Shown here one piece after another: positions 1 through 10,800 of a stretch of DNA of 32,000 bases. Every line of letters starts with the position of its first letter. Position 1 is the stretch's first letter. The notes beneath the pieces are model-generated. The model was not told the DNA's origin. It worked only from the letters and a program-made list of their open reading frames with translations, and did not search any database. A program made the position numbers and the translations under genes. This stretch comes from Moraxella nasovis (GTDB lineage Bacteria > Pseudomonadota > Gammaproteobacteria > Pseudomonadales > Moraxellaceae). The stretch covers positions 810,001-842,000 of the forward strand of contig NZ_CP089976.1 of NCBI RefSeq assembly GCF_022701215.1, given 5' to 3'.

Positions 1-631
1 TACCACCGCCAAATGATGCTTGATTTTGACGCTTGATGGCAGCAAGATGATGACCGATGAAATTTGCCACATCAGCAGGCACTTCTTTATCGCTTAATAT
101 TTTGGTGAATTGGTCTTCAGCAGCATTAAACTGCTTATCGGCAGATAACACCACCGCCAAGCGAAGTCGCACAAGATTTGCCTGATGATTGTGCGATAAG
201 ACATTGCGATACTCACGAATCGCCCAAGGCAAATTGCCTTTTTTTTCATAAGACACTCCCCTTGCCCACGACAATGCGATTTGGTCTTGTTGGTCTTTGG
301 GGAGCTGTTCATAATAAGGCAACAAAAAAACCACATCATCGTCATGCTGATACATGAGTGCCGCCGCCATCGCACGGTGGATAAGCGTGGGGTAATTTAC
401 CAGTTCATCAGCACTGATTGACAGCGTCTGCTCTGCCGTCATCGTCTTATCTAGATGAACTTGTGGCAAGGTGGGCGGCGGTTGTATGTGGGTTAATTGG
501 CGGTCTTGGATACGCTTATCATCTTGTTCAGTGATAATGGTCTTGTCATTGGCAAATGCAGATTTGCTTAGGGTGATGCTCAGCAATAATATGCCAAGCG
601 TTGCCATATTGGGTTTAAAAGAGTTATTCAT
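1..631 (-). CDS. Secreted TPR-like repeat protein, N-terminal part (gene runs off the window start); possibly Slam/DUF560-type outer-membrane protein
   Basis: Not in the ORF track because it is truncated by the window edge. The minus frame from ATG at 631 is open to position 1. Hand translation: MNNSFKPNMATLGILLLSITLSKSAFA/NDKT..., a Sec signal peptide with an AxA site, followed by helical repeat-like sequence (ALSWARGVSYEKKGNLPWAIREYRNVL...). The Slam assignment is only an impression. Confidence 0.55.
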   Translation of the reverse strand, partial: MNNSFKPNMATLGILLLSITLSKSAFANDKTIITEQDDKRIQDRQLTHIQPPPTLPQVHLDKTMTAEQTLSISADELVNYPTLIHRAMAAALMYQHDDDVVFLLPYYEQLPKDQQDQIALSWARGVSYEKKGNLPWAIREYRNVLSHNHQANLVRLRLAVVLSADKQFNAAEDQFTKILSDKEVPADVANFIGHHLAAIKRQNQASFGGG

Positions 632-1094
632 TGTATGCCTTTTTTAATCAAATGTTTAATCAAATCATCTAGGCAAACAGAAAAAATAAATTTAACAATC
701 AACATCTGTCACCTCCGCCTGCTTTTTATGTCACCAACACCAACCAATAGACGATTTATCACTTCATCATCATAAGAAAATTAAGCCATCAATACTTATT
801 GAAAGTCTTTGGGAAAGATTTTGATTGGCATAGCAATCTTTAGGATAATTGCTATGAATAAAGATTATTACTTAATGCCTTGATGTCGGCTTTTATTTTT
901 AGTGCGTATATGCCCGCCAATCCAACACTTTGTATCATCATTAGGTAGATTATAGGCAAACTAGATACTATTGCAGTAAAAAATAATAACCATTATCATT
1001 ATAAGCACTTTCACAAACTTCGTCAACAATGAGTGTTAAAACCTGTCACACCGCTCATTAGAGCTTAGAAATCTTTATATTAATATCATAATAA

Positions 1095-1125
1095 AAAAGA
1101 CCCAATTTTTTTTTGGGTCTTTTTT
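1095..1125 (-). terminator. Rho-independent terminator downstream of nfuA
   Basis: Hairpin AAAAGACCCA / TGGGTCTTTT with an A/T loop and flanking A and T runs, 28 nt after the nfuA stop. Confidence 0.7.
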
Positions 1126-1152
1126 CTGGTCTGTCATTACATTCATGATTGA

Positions 1153-1773
1153 TTATTTGTAATAAGCATTGTGCGTCTGTGAATGGTCAGTCTCGTCAAT
1201 GACGTGCGTAAGCTCTGGGATTTGCTGTTTTAGCTGTACTTCCACCCCTTGACGCAGCGTTACATCCACCGCACTACACCCTTGACAACCGCCCCCAAAT
1301 TTTAGCACAGCGGTCTTACCATGCTCATCGTCGATAACCTCTACAAGCTCCACCATACCGCCATGACTGGCAAGCTGTGGATTAACTTCAGACTGTAATA
1401 CATAATAGATTCTCTCTTCAATGCTGGCATCTTCGCCCACTTGGGGGACTTTTGAATTTGGGGCACGGAAAGTCAGCTGTCCACCAAAACGATCTTTATT
1501 ATAATCAATCACCGCATCGTGCAGATAGGCAATGCTTGGCGTGTCAATATAGGCGGTGAATTTTTCATAAGCAATCTGTAAATCCGTCTCATCAATCTCA
1601 TCAGGCTGGCAGTAGCTCATACAGCATTCGGCTCGTGGCGTGCCGGGGTGTTCCACAAAAATACGCACACCAATGCCTTCAACTTCTTGTTTGGCAAGTA
1701 GCTGGGCAAGGTATTCTTGGGCAGATTTAGTGATAGAAATATTGCTTTGTAAGGCGGTGTTTTCTTGGCTCAT
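1153..1773 (-). CDS. nfuA: Fe-S cluster biogenesis/carrier protein NfuA
   Basis: 205 aa. N-terminal degenerate IscA-like domain and C-terminal Nfu domain with the GGGCQGCS CxxC motif. Length and layout are typical of NfuA. Confidence 0.9.
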   Translation of the reverse strand: MSQENTALQSNISITKSAQEYLAQLLAKQEVEGIGVRIFVEHPGTPRAECCMSYCQPDEIDETDLQIAYEKFTAYIDTPSIAYLHDAVIDYNKDRFGGQLTFRAPNSKVPQVGEDASIEERIYYVLQSEVNPQLASHGGMVELVEVIDDEHGKTAVLKFGGGCQGCSAVDVTLRQGVEVQLKQQIPELTHVIDETDHSQTHNAYYK

Positions 1774-1797
1774 GATGTTCTCTTTTAAAGTGATAAA

Positions 1798-1822
1798 AAT
1801 TCCGAGTAATTTACTTGGTTAT
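1798..1822 (-). promoter_or_regulatory. Candidate IscR type-1 binding site upstream of nfuA
   Basis: The minus strand reads ATAACCAAGTAAATTACTCGGAATT, 25-49 nt upstream of the nfuA ATG. By hand count 17/25 positions match the type-1 consensus ATASYYGACTRWWWYAGTCRRSTAT (recalled from memory). Inner dyad is CCAAGTA-AAT-TACTCGG. Confidence 0.35.
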
Positions 1823-2004
1823 TATGGTAACATATTTATGCTTTATTAAGTATAATTTTTTTAAGGTTGTGCCATTAAATATACCCATTATTAATGCTAA
1901 CTTTAATAGACATCATTATTTGTTTATCAATCTTATGCTTGGCTTTAAAGCTCTAAATTATGCAGATGGGTTATTCTTAGCCAATGGTTATAAAGCTGGT
2001 ATTT

Positions 2005-2517
2005 TTAGTCAGTCTGTGCGGTCAATCTTTGCTCACAGTTTAATGGCTGTAACCGCCCATCAACCAAATCCACAAGCATACTCACCCCATTTGGCAGCAC
2101 TGATAGCTTGGCATATTCGCCCTGTTCATAGCACGCCCCAAGCCCTTCGGCAAACAAAAAACTTCTAACCGCAGGATACAAGCCATCAAGCCTGCGTCCA
2201 TCGCCTTTTAGTCGTAACTTAACATCACCCCGACCGTCTAAATACGTCTTGATGATTTTTTGTTCGTGGTCTAACACCACTTTACTGTCAATGTGCTTGT
2301 CAATCAAAGGATAATTAACATCATCAATATACAGCTCATAATTAAGTGCCACATAATCACCTTGTATGAGCGAGCGTGGATCTAATGGAGCAAGTTTGGC
2401 ATAGATAATCACCCCTTGATTTAGGTGTGTTTGGTGGCGATATATGAGAAGTCCAAACACCATCAATGCTATTATAACCGCTAGTAAAGGCATATATTTA
2501 CGCAACATGACAGTCAC
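2005..2517 (-). CDS. GDYXXLXY domain-containing membrane-anchored protein
   Basis: N-terminal TM helix plus the motif LIQGDYVALNYELY (GDYXXLXY). The codon at 2517 is GTG; an alternative ATG lies at 2508. Overlaps the upstream gene's 3' end, suggesting translational coupling. Confidence 0.8.
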   Translation of the reverse strand: MTVMLRKYMPLLAVIIALMVFGLLIYRHQTHLNQGVIIYAKLAPLDPRSLIQGDYVALNYELYIDDVNYPLIDKHIDSKVVLDHEQKIIKTYLDGRGDVKLRLKGDGRRLDGLYPAVRSFLFAEGLGACYEQGEYAKLSVLPNGVSMLVDLVDGRLQPLNCEQRLTAQTD

Positions 2518-4267
2518 CTTTTTTATTGATGATAAGTGCTAGAATAAACATCATCATGCCTGACAACAACAACGTGATAAATTTTAATAAAAAAGGTATG
2601 GCAAGCGAATAATATAACTGCCACAATAAAAACATTAATAAAAATACCGATAATACAGTAATTGCTTTATCTTTTTGATAAATGCCATACGCCAAAATCA
2701 ATAACATCACACCGATATTGATATAGCCAAGCACCATCAGCATGATTGTTAAACCTAAAAATAACGCTATTGTCGTCAGATGATGTTTTGATGTATCTAG
2801 CTGATATAATTGATAAAATACGATCAATAAAATCGGCAATACCACATAATCCATATTGGCATGAAAATTAAGCAATCCAATCTCATCAAAACTGCTTACC
2901 GCCGCAAGCACAGCCAATACACCTATCATGGTAATTGCCAATGGTTTTTTTAAATACTCAATCCTGCGTTGATATAATGCAACCATCGGTAATGTACCAA
3001 CAACCATGAGCAGTGCTTGGCTGATTGGCGTATCATCAAATATCTGCATGATGTCATAACTTATCATGCCATACCACGCAAGCATTTGTAATGCTAGATA
3101 CAACCAATGCACCCGAAGATAAATCAGCACACCAAGCAATACTGTCTGTAAGGGTAGCTGTATCCAAAAATTATTTAACCCAAAGTATTTATCCACCCCA
3201 ATATAAGACGCCACTTGACCCATCGCAAATAACGCATAACCTAAATGACGCAAATAAGTATGATGATAATATTGTTTTAAAATGGCGATACCGACAATGA
3301 TAAACAACAGCCCTGTGATAAGTGGCAAGTTATCAATATCAAACAACATAAACAATGAGATAAACCAAGCAGAAAACCAGCCGCCAATCCCAAAGGCAAT
3401 CGCATGATAGTTGGCATTTGGAAATAGGCATAAAATCAAATAACCCATCGCCCCAAACCACAACATCGCCATAAAACCAATGGCAAAAAGCTTATCAGTA
3501 AAGACGTGAACGCACAGCCCCACAAATAACGCTGTCCCAAAACCAATCAAAGATAGACTACTAATCCACGCATTAGCACATCGTTTGGCATACCACCACA
3601 TTATCACAAGTGCCAAAAAACCCGTGAAATTTATGTAACTTATTGACTGATGAAAGTTAATACTAACCGCACCAATGCTTGCAATGACTGCACACTCTAA
3701 CACAAATAACCAAAGTAGCGAGCGATACCACCAACTGGCAACAAAAAACTGTGCCAACGTAAGCAGTGCAAGAGCAGTTATCAGCACGCCAAAATCCATA
3801 TTTTGGCTTGTCAGCATAAGCCAAAACGCCACTTGTGAGACCACAGCCATCAGCACAAAAATGCCGATATTTTGCCGATAACACCACGGCAGCAGTAAAA
3901 CTGTCCAAATCATAAACAACCAAAAACTATCCGCCCCACTTTGATACACTTGTCCGATGACCGCAAGCGATAAACCTATCATCGCTCCGCTTATTGTCTC
4001 AAAGGTATTTTTAAGTAGCTTTACTGTGCTGATTTTTGTCGTATCATCTTTTGGCGACACCATCAACGACAATAGAGCAAACAGCACCATCAATATCATT
4101 GGCAAAGCAAGTTTGATGGCATTTGGCATCATAAACCAATTTGCCCCCACCAAATATAACAGCGACACCGCCACAAGCGACAAGCCAATCGCCATCAGAT
4201 AGCGAATAAATTTGGGGTGCGTGAGCGGATAAGGATTGGCAGATGGATAAGGTTGATTTGCGTGCAT
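2498..4267 (-). CDS. Polytopic inner-membrane protein, DUF4401/DUF2157-like
   Basis: 589 aa, almost entirely hydrophobic helices. Its position directly upstream of a GDYXXLXY gene is the usual partner arrangement for these DUF families. Confidence 0.65.
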   Translation of the reverse strand: MHANQPYPSANPYPLTHPKFIRYLMAIGLSLVAVSLLYLVGANWFMMPNAIKLALPMILMVLFALLSLMVSPKDDTTKISTVKLLKNTFETISGAMIGLSLAVIGQVYQSGADSFWLFMIWTVLLLPWCYRQNIGIFVLMAVVSQVAFWLMLTSQNMDFGVLITALALLTLAQFFVASWWYRSLLWLFVLECAVIASIGAVSINFHQSISYINFTGFLALVIMWWYAKRCANAWISSLSLIGFGTALFVGLCVHVFTDKLFAIGFMAMLWFGAMGYLILCLFPNANYHAIAFGIGGWFSAWFISLFMLFDIDNLPLITGLLFIIVGIAILKQYYHHTYLRHLGYALFAMGQVASYIGVDKYFGLNNFWIQLPLQTVLLGVLIYLRVHWLYLALQMLAWYGMISYDIMQIFDDTPISQALLMVVGTLPMVALYQRRIEYLKKPLAITMIGVLAVLAAVSSFDEIGLLNFHANMDYVVLPILLIVFYQLYQLDTSKHHLTTIALFLGLTIMLMVLGYINIGVMLLILAYGIYQKDKAITVLSVFLLMFLLWQLYYSLAIPFLLKFITLLLSGMMMFILALIINKKGDCHVA

Positions 4268-4341
4268 GATGGTCTCAAATAACAGCGTAATTTATCATAG
4301 CTTGGGTCTAGATTAAAGCAAGCTACAAAGCTAAAGATCAA

Positions 4342-4370
4342 CCATCTGCTGTTGTGATGCTTGGCAAATC
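4342..4370 (+). promoter_or_regulatory. Candidate sigma70 promoter of nadM
   Basis: TTGTGA (4342-4347), 17-nt spacer, TACAAT (4365-4370), about 55 nt upstream of the nadM ATG. Confidence 0.35.
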
Positions 4371-4425
4371 ACGGTACAATGACGGTGTAGATTAATTATT
4401 CTAAGATTTACAATTAAGGAAACCC

Positions 4426-5415
4426 ATGCCAACCTTTGATCATCTTATTTTTATCGGACGCTTTGAGCCTTTTCATCACGGTCATGAATTTGTTGTGCGT
4501 GAAGCCTTAAAGCACACCGATCATGTCATCTTACTAATCGGCTCAGCAAACAGCCCACGCACCATCAAAAACCCATTTAACTTTGATGAACGCCAAGCGA
4601 TGATTTTAAAGGCATTTAGTGATGAAATCTCTCGTAAAATCACCTGCTTGCCCATTGATGACACCTTATATAATGACCATAAATGGCTACAAAACACTCG
4701 CCAAGCAGTTGCAAGCGTTACCCAAGCAGGTGATCGCATTGGCGTTATCGGACACCAAAAAGACGACAGCTCTTACTATCTTTCCTTATTTCCAGATTGG
4801 GAGTTTATCGCTTTGCCAAGCTTTGAAGGGCTATCTGCCACGCCTTTGCGTCAGCGTTATTTTGGTCAAGGCGTCATTGATGAACGTATGCCACAATCAT
4901 CGCAAGCATTTTTGGCAGATTTCATCAGCACGCCTGCCTACGCCAACTTACAAGCTGAATATCGTCACATCTTAGCCTACCAAAAAGCGTGGGAAGACGC
5001 CCCCTATCCACCTGTGTTTGTTACCGCTGATATGCTTGTGGTACAAAGTGGGCATATCTTATTAGTAGAGCGTGGCGGTGATTATGGACGTGGACTTTGG
5101 GCGATGGCAGGCGGATTTTTGGATAAAGATGAGACGCTACACGAATGCGGACTGCGTGAACTTGCAGAAGAAACCAGCTTACACCTTGATAAGAGTAGCT
5201 TTAAGCACTCGCACACTTTCGATGCACCTGATCGATCCGCTCGTGGGCGTACGGTGACGACAGTGTTTTATCATGAACTTCAAGGTAGTAGCTTGCCTGA
5301 CGTGGTGGGTGCAGATGACGCTACCCAAGCGTTTTGGCTACCCTTAAATAAGCTTGATGGCAAAAAAATGTTTGAAGACCATTATAGTATCATCACAAAA
5401 ATGCTCGGCATTTAG
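4426..5415 (+). CDS. nadM: Bifunctional NMN adenylyltransferase / Nudix (ADP-ribose) hydrolase NadM
   Basis: N-terminal nucleotidyltransferase motif GRFEPFHHGH. C-terminal Nudix box GGFLDKDETLHECGLRELAEETSL. 329 aa, typical of the NadM-Nudix fusions in Acinetobacter and Francisella. Confidence 0.85.
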   Translation: MPTFDHLIFIGRFEPFHHGHEFVVREALKHTDHVILLIGSANSPRTIKNPFNFDERQAMILKAFSDEISRKITCLPIDDTLYNDHKWLQNTRQAVASVTQAGDRIGVIGHQKDDSSYYLSLFPDWEFIALPSFEGLSATPLRQRYFGQGVIDERMPQSSQAFLADFISTPAYANLQAEYRHILAYQKAWEDAPYPPVFVTADMLVVQSGHILLVERGGDYGRGLWAMAGGFLDKDETLHECGLRELAEETSLHLDKSSFKHSHTFDAPDRSARGRTVTTVFYHELQGSSLPDVVGADDATQAFWLPLNKLDGKKMFEDHYSIITKMLGI

Positions 5416-5430
5416 CCACAACACTCAAAC

Positions 5431-5460
5431 AAAAACCGCTTAGCAGTCTAAGCGGTTTTT
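5431..5460. terminator. Bidirectional Rho-independent terminator (nadM / yidB-like convergent pair)
   Basis: AAAAACCGCTTAG-cagt-CTAAGCGGTTTTT, a perfect 13-bp stem with A and T tails. Confidence 0.8.
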
Positions 5461-5470
5461 ATGCTACTGA

Positions 5471-6181
5471 TTACAGCTTTTGTAAAATCTCAGAAATTTC
5501 TTGATTGGCTCTGCCCTCATCTTCTAAGTTACCGCGTGGGCTTAGTTCATCCATCACTTGGGGGAGTAAATCTGCGATGCCTTGACATACTTCATTTTGG
5601 CTTGCCCCTGTTTTTTCACAGACGCTGTTGATTTCATCATTGCCAAATAATCTTTTGATGTCGCCTATATCAATGCCGTCATTATCTCGGTCAATGCTAA
5701 GCCAAGACTGAGCTTTATTGCCAAGCCCATTACTATCAAACTTCGACAGCACGCCTGATAATCCGCCACTTTTTTGGATAAATCCAAGCACAACGGGTAA
5801 TAAAGCCACAAGTAAGGTCGATTTATTAAAGCTACCACGACCCCCCATCTGCGAACCAATCACCGAACCTAATACAGAGCCTAGATCGTTTGGTGATTTA
5901 GACTGACCGCCAAGCAGACCACCTAGAACGTCGCCTAATTGACCGCCTGACTGGCGTCCACCACCTAGCACACCGCCTAAGATATCACCAAGCCCGCCTT
6001 GGCTGGTGCGTGACTTTTGCTGACGGCTGTCGTTATCACCTAAGACATCGCCAAAAATACCGCCCAATGCACCGCCAATTCCGCTATTTTGGCTATTTTT
6101 TTGCGTATGACGGTTATCATCGCTAATGGCGTTTTTGACCACTTGGGTAACAATGTTTTGTAATAAACTCATGATGTTCAT
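5471..6181 (-). CDS. YidB-like (DUF937) protein with Gly-rich repeats
   Basis: Central GDxLGG-type glycine repeats. The C-terminal region (AQSWLS...GDIKRLFG...LLPQVMDELSPRGNL) resembles the YidB/DUF937 C-terminus. Confidence 0.65.
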   Translation of the reverse strand: MNIMSLLQNIVTQVVKNAISDDNRHTQKNSQNSGIGGALGGIFGDVLGDNDSRQQKSRTSQGGLGDILGGVLGGGRQSGGQLGDVLGGLLGGQSKSPNDLGSVLGSVIGSQMGGRGSFNKSTLLVALLPVVLGFIQKSGGLSGVLSKFDSNGLGNKAQSWLSIDRDNDGIDIGDIKRLFGNDEINSVCEKTGASQNEVCQGIADLLPQVMDELSPRGNLEDEGRANQEISEILQKL

Positions 6182-6282
6182 CCTAAATTTGGTAAGTTTA
6201 CACTATCATAACAAAATTTATCATCACAAAATAGTGGGCTTATGTAACGGTACGTAAACTTAAGTGACATTAAGCAAAAAAA

Positions 6283-6311
6283 AACTTGGTGCAAAACACC
6301 AAGTTTTTAGT
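6283..6311 (-). terminator. Rho-independent terminator downstream of gltS
   Basis: AAAAACTTGGTG-caaaa-CACCAAGTTTTT. On the minus strand it is followed by a long T run. Confidence 0.75.
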
Positions 6312-6332
6312 TTTTAGGGGTGGTTTAATTAC

Positions 6333-7595
6333 TTAGCCAATAAAACCGATAAAGGTCTGCAAAATCGCCACATTGACAATATCCACAAAGAACGCCCCCA
6401 CCATCGGCACAATCAAAAATGCCTTATGCGATGGCACATAGCGGTCGGTAATCGCCTGCATATTGGCGATGGCGGTTGGGGTGGCTCCCATACCAAAACC
6501 ACAATGACCTGCTGCTAAAACGGCAGCATCATAGTCTTTACCCATAATGCGATACGTCACAAATGTGGCATATAGCACCATGACAACAGTCTGCACCACC
6601 AAGATGATCAAAATTGGACCTGCCAAGTCTGTTAATTCCCACAGTTTTAATGACAATAATGCCATCGCTAAAAATAACGACAAAGATGCATTGCCAAACA
6701 CATCAATCGCTCTATCAAACATATCAAAATTAAAAAGATTGGTTAGGATATTACGAATCACCACACCGCCAAATAACGCCCACACAAACTGTGGCAACTC
6801 AAACCAAGTATCCTTGGCAACACCCACCATAATATCTGAAAATGCCAAGCAAGCAGCGAACAGTGCTAGAGTTTCTACCGCTGAAATCGCTGTGATTAGA
6901 CGCACATCATCTGATTTTTCAAAGATTTCTTCGCTGGAATAATCACCGCCTTTAATGTCAGTAGGCGTACCATCTAAGCTGCGAGCAGTAGCATTTAATG
7001 GCGTGCCACTTTGCACACTTGACTTTATACCAAGCTTATTAATCAAGCGACGAGCCACAGGACCGCCAATAATACCACCTGATACCAAGCCATAAGTGGC
7101 ACAAGCAATACCCAATGTCGTCGCCCCGACAACGCCATAGGTCTCTTCAAAGGTCGCACCCCATGCTCCTGCTGTACCATGTCCGCCCGTTAACGCAATC
7201 GAACCTGCAACTAAGCCAAGTAACGGATCAATGTCAAGCAGCTTCGCTAGGCCAACACCCACCGCATCTTGTAAAATGATGAAAAATGACACCACGAACA
7301 AAAATACCAGCAAGCCTTTGCCGCCTGCTTTTAGACGGCTAAAGTCTGCCGATAAACCGATGGATGCAAAAAACATGAGCATACAAGCAGTCTGCAATTC
7401 TTTTTGGAAATTAAAACTATAACCAAAGGCGACATTTAGCCCATAAACAATCGCCGCACCAACCAAGCCACCTGCCACAGGTTCAGGAATGTTAAAGTCG
7501 GATAAAAATTTAATACGTTTTACCAAAAAACGCCCTACAAGCAACACAAGCGTTGCTAAAATCAGCGTGTAATAGCCGTTTAATGTAAATTCCAT
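6333..7595 (-). CDS. gltS: Sodium/glutamate symporter GltS
   Basis: Start trimmed to the ATG at 7595 (MEFTLNGYYTLILATLVLLVGRFLVKRIKFLSDFNIPEPVAGGL...), the characteristic GltS N-terminus. About 420 aa polytopic protein. Confidence 0.85.
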   Translation of the reverse strand: MEFTLNGYYTLILATLVLLVGRFLVKRIKFLSDFNIPEPVAGGLVGAAIVYGLNVAFGYSFNFQKELQTACMLMFFASIGLSADFSRLKAGGKGLLVFLFVVSFFIILQDAVGVGLAKLLDIDPLLGLVAGSIALTGGHGTAGAWGATFEETYGVVGATTLGIACATYGLVSGGIIGGPVARRLINKLGIKSSVQSGTPLNATARSLDGTPTDIKGGDYSSEEIFEKSDDVRLITAISAVETLALFAACLAFSDIMVGVAKDTWFELPQFVWALFGGVVIRNILTNLFNFDMFDRAIDVFGNASLSLFLAMALLSLKLWELTDLAGPILIILVVQTVVMVLYATFVTYRIMGKDYDAAVLAAGHCGFGMGATPTAIANMQAITDRYVPSHKAFLIVPMVGAFFVDIVNVAILQTFIGFIG

Positions 7596-7815
7596 AAACA
7601 CTCCAATAAAAAAAACAGACAGTAAAAACTGTCCGTCCTGACACGATAAAATGGTGCAACACATCAGCATGTAAAGACAACTTTCATACGCCAGCATTGC
7701 AAAATGATAAAGCATTGTAACATTTTTAGCGACGTTATCAAAGCCCAACTCATCAAACCACGCCAAAATAAACCTTAAGCTTATTTTGGCGACACGCTAA
7801 ACCACCTAACTGCTA

Positions 7816-10800
7816 TCAACGCAAGAATGCACGAGCATTGCGGAATAAACGTAACCACGCTCCATCTTGTTGCCATGCGTCAGGCTTCCAAGAATGGTTC
7901 ACCGCACGCAAGGTACGCTCTGGGTGTGGCATCATCAAAGTAACTCGCCCATCACTACTACACACGCCTGTGATGCCTTGTGGCGAACCATTTGGGTTGA
8001 GTGGATAATGCTCGGTCGGATTGCCTTGACTGTCCACATAACGCAAGGCGATTTGACCATGTAGGCTAAGCTCATTGATTGATTTGTCGGTCAAATCCGC
8101 ATAGCCTTCGCCATGTGCCACCGCAACTGGCAAAATACTGTCTTGCATGCCTTTTAGTAGCACAGACTTGGTGCGCTCTACTTGCACATTGACCGTGCGT
8201 GCTTCAAAGCGTGCCGATTGGTTTTGGATAAAACGTGGGAAATGGTCAGCCCCCACCATCAGCTCTTTTAATTGGCTCATCATCTGACAGCCATTACACA
8301 CGCCCAAGGCGAATGTCTCTTGGCGATGAAAGAATCTGGCAAACTGCATACGCAATTCATCATGGAATAATACCGAGTTTGCCCAGCCAGAGCCTGCCCC
8401 AAGCACATCGCCATAGCTAAATCCACCGCACGCCACCAAGCCTTCAAAATCACGCAAGTTAATGCGTCCGCTCATCAAATCGCTCATATGCACGTCAATG
8501 GCTTCAAAGCCTGCACGCACAAAGCCTGCCGCCATTTCAAGATGTCCATTCACGCCTTGCTCACGCAAAATCGCCACTTTTGGTTGGCTTGTGCGACTAT
8601 TCACATAAGGAGCTTCTACCGCCAAATCCAGCTCATAATTCGCCTGTGCAATCAGTCCATGATGGCTAGGGTCGCTGATGAGTGCAAACTCTTGGTCGGC
8701 ACACACAGGATTATCACGCAGTCTTGCGATGGCATGGCTAACCTTGCTCCATTGTTCTTGTAATTGAGCACGGCTAAATTGGGTGGTTTGGCTTGGGGTA
8801 ATGATACTTAATGTGTCTTGATTAGCCCCGCCTTTTGGTGTGGCATAAGTTTGACCAATGTCGCTTAGCATATCCGCCACCTGATGGGTCTTGGCAAGCT
8901 CAATGAATGTCGCCACATCATCTGCAAGCACCTGCACGACCGCCCCCAACTCTTCGGCGAACAGCTGTCCTAGTAGATTGTCATCAGATAGGTTTAATTC
9001 CACTTTTAAGCGACTGGCAAACTGCATCTCTGCCACACTTGCCACCAAACCACCATCACTAATATCATGATAAGCACGGATAAGCCCTGCCCCACTTGCC
9101 GCTTGAATGAAAGCGAACAGATTGCCAAGGTCAGACGCATTATCCACATCAGGGCAATCATCGCCCAGCTGACTTAATGTCTGAGCAAAAATTGAACCAC
9201 CCAAGCGGTATTTGCCTTTGGATAAATCAAGGCGGAATAATTTTGCGTCTGTATTGACAAGCTCTGGCGTGATGGTCTTGGCGACATCTTGTACAGGGGC
9301 AAAGGCTGTGATGATAAGACTCATCGGCGAGCTGACGGTCTTCTCCACGCCATCATCTTGCCAGTTTGCCTTCATAGACAAGCTGTCTTTGCCCACAGGA
9401 ATGGTAATGCCAAGTGCAGGGCATAGCTCTTCGCCAATGGCATACACTGCATCATACAGTGCTTCATCTTCACGCTCATCGCCACACGCTGCCATCCAGT
9501 TAGCAGACAAGGTAACATCTGACACCTTATTGATACGAGCAGACGCAATATTCGTCAAGGCTTCGCCCACCGCAAGCCGTGCAGATGCTTTGGGGCTGAT
9601 GAGTGCAACTGGCGTACGCTCACCCATCGCCATCGCCTCGCCAGTATCTGCAAGCAGTCCTGTCATCGTAACTGCACAGTCCGCCACAGGCACTTGATAA
9701 GGTCCGACATACTGGTCTTGGGTAACCATGCCTGTGATAGAACGGTCGCCAATGCTAATCAAAAACGACTTACTGGCAACGGTTGGGTGTCTTAGCACAT
9801 CTGTAATACTGGTCGCCAAATCCACCCCAGAGACATCAAGCGAACGCAAAGGATTGTCCTTGCGATGAAACGCACGCTTCATTTTGGGCGTGCCACCTAA
9901 TAGCACCTGCATGGGCATATCCACAGGCTGTTCTGGCAGCAGGCTGTCGTCTACTTTTAGTTCACGCACCGCCGTTGCTATGCCCAAGATGGCATACGGA
10001 CACCGCTCACGAGCACAGATTTCATCAAATAATTTTTCATTTTGGGGTGAGATGGCAAGCACATAACGCTCTTGGGCTTCGTTGGACCAGATTGCCATTG
10101 GCGACATACCTTGTTCTAGCGAAGGTACTTTACGCAAATTAAGATGAGCCCCAAGCTCATGGTCGTCCACAAGCTCTGGCATGGCATTGGACAGCCCACC
10201 TGCTCCCACGTCATGGATAGAGACGATTGGGTTATTATCATCGCCATCTTTTGCCATCGCCCAGCAGGTGTCAATCACTTCTTGACAGCGACGTTCCATC
10301 TCAGCATTATCACGTTGTACAGACGCAAAATCCAAGCCTTCGTCAAGCTCACCACTATCCACCGAGCTTGCCGCACCACCACCCAAACCAATCTGCATGG
10401 CAGGACCGCCAAGCACGATGAGCAAATCGCCTTGTTGAATGGCGTTTTTTTGTACCAAATTACGCTTGATGTTACCATAGCCCCCTGCAATCATAATCGG
10501 CTTATGATAGCCACGCATTTGGCTGCCGTCTTGGTCGGCTGACGTGTCTAGCTCAAAGCTACGAAAATAACCATTTAAATTTGGGCGACCAAATTCATTG
10601 GCAAAGGCTGCCGACCCCAGCGGTCCGTCAATCATAATCTCCAAAGCACTTGCCATACGCTCAGGCTTGCCATAGTCCTTGGTTGATACCTTGCCTGATG
10701 TTTCCCATTTTTCTAGCATATTTGGCAGGTGCAAATGCGACACACTAAATCCTGCCAAGCCTGCTTTTGGCTTGCCACCACGCCCTGTCGCCCCTTCATC

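Noticed and set aside
94-375. 93-aa minus-strand ORF from the track
   Set aside because: It is out of frame with the longer edge-truncated minus ORF (1-631). That longer ORF has a clear signal peptide and stays open across the whole region.
983-1006. Fur-box-like AT-rich sequence (AATAATAACCATTATCATT) in the 520-bp gap upstream of the TPR/Slam-like gene
   Set aside because: Only about 12/19 positions match the Fur consensus by hand. The site is about 350 bp from the start codon, in DNA so AT-rich that such matches are expected by chance.
1815-2168. 117-aa + strand ORF spanning the nfuA upstream region and the 3' end of the GDYXXLXY gene
   Set aside because: It overlaps a well-supported minus-strand gene, begins in AT-rich promoter DNA, and has no RBS or recognisable motifs.
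7596-7766. N-terminal extensions of gltS (to 7766), purL (11761-11832), mscL (26295-26333) and rlmD (17053-17088)
   Set aside because: The extensions are hydrophobic or Cys-rich junk preceding internal ATGs that reproduce the canonical family N-termini (MEFTLNG..., MISTIAG..., MSIIQEF..., MTVHNP...).
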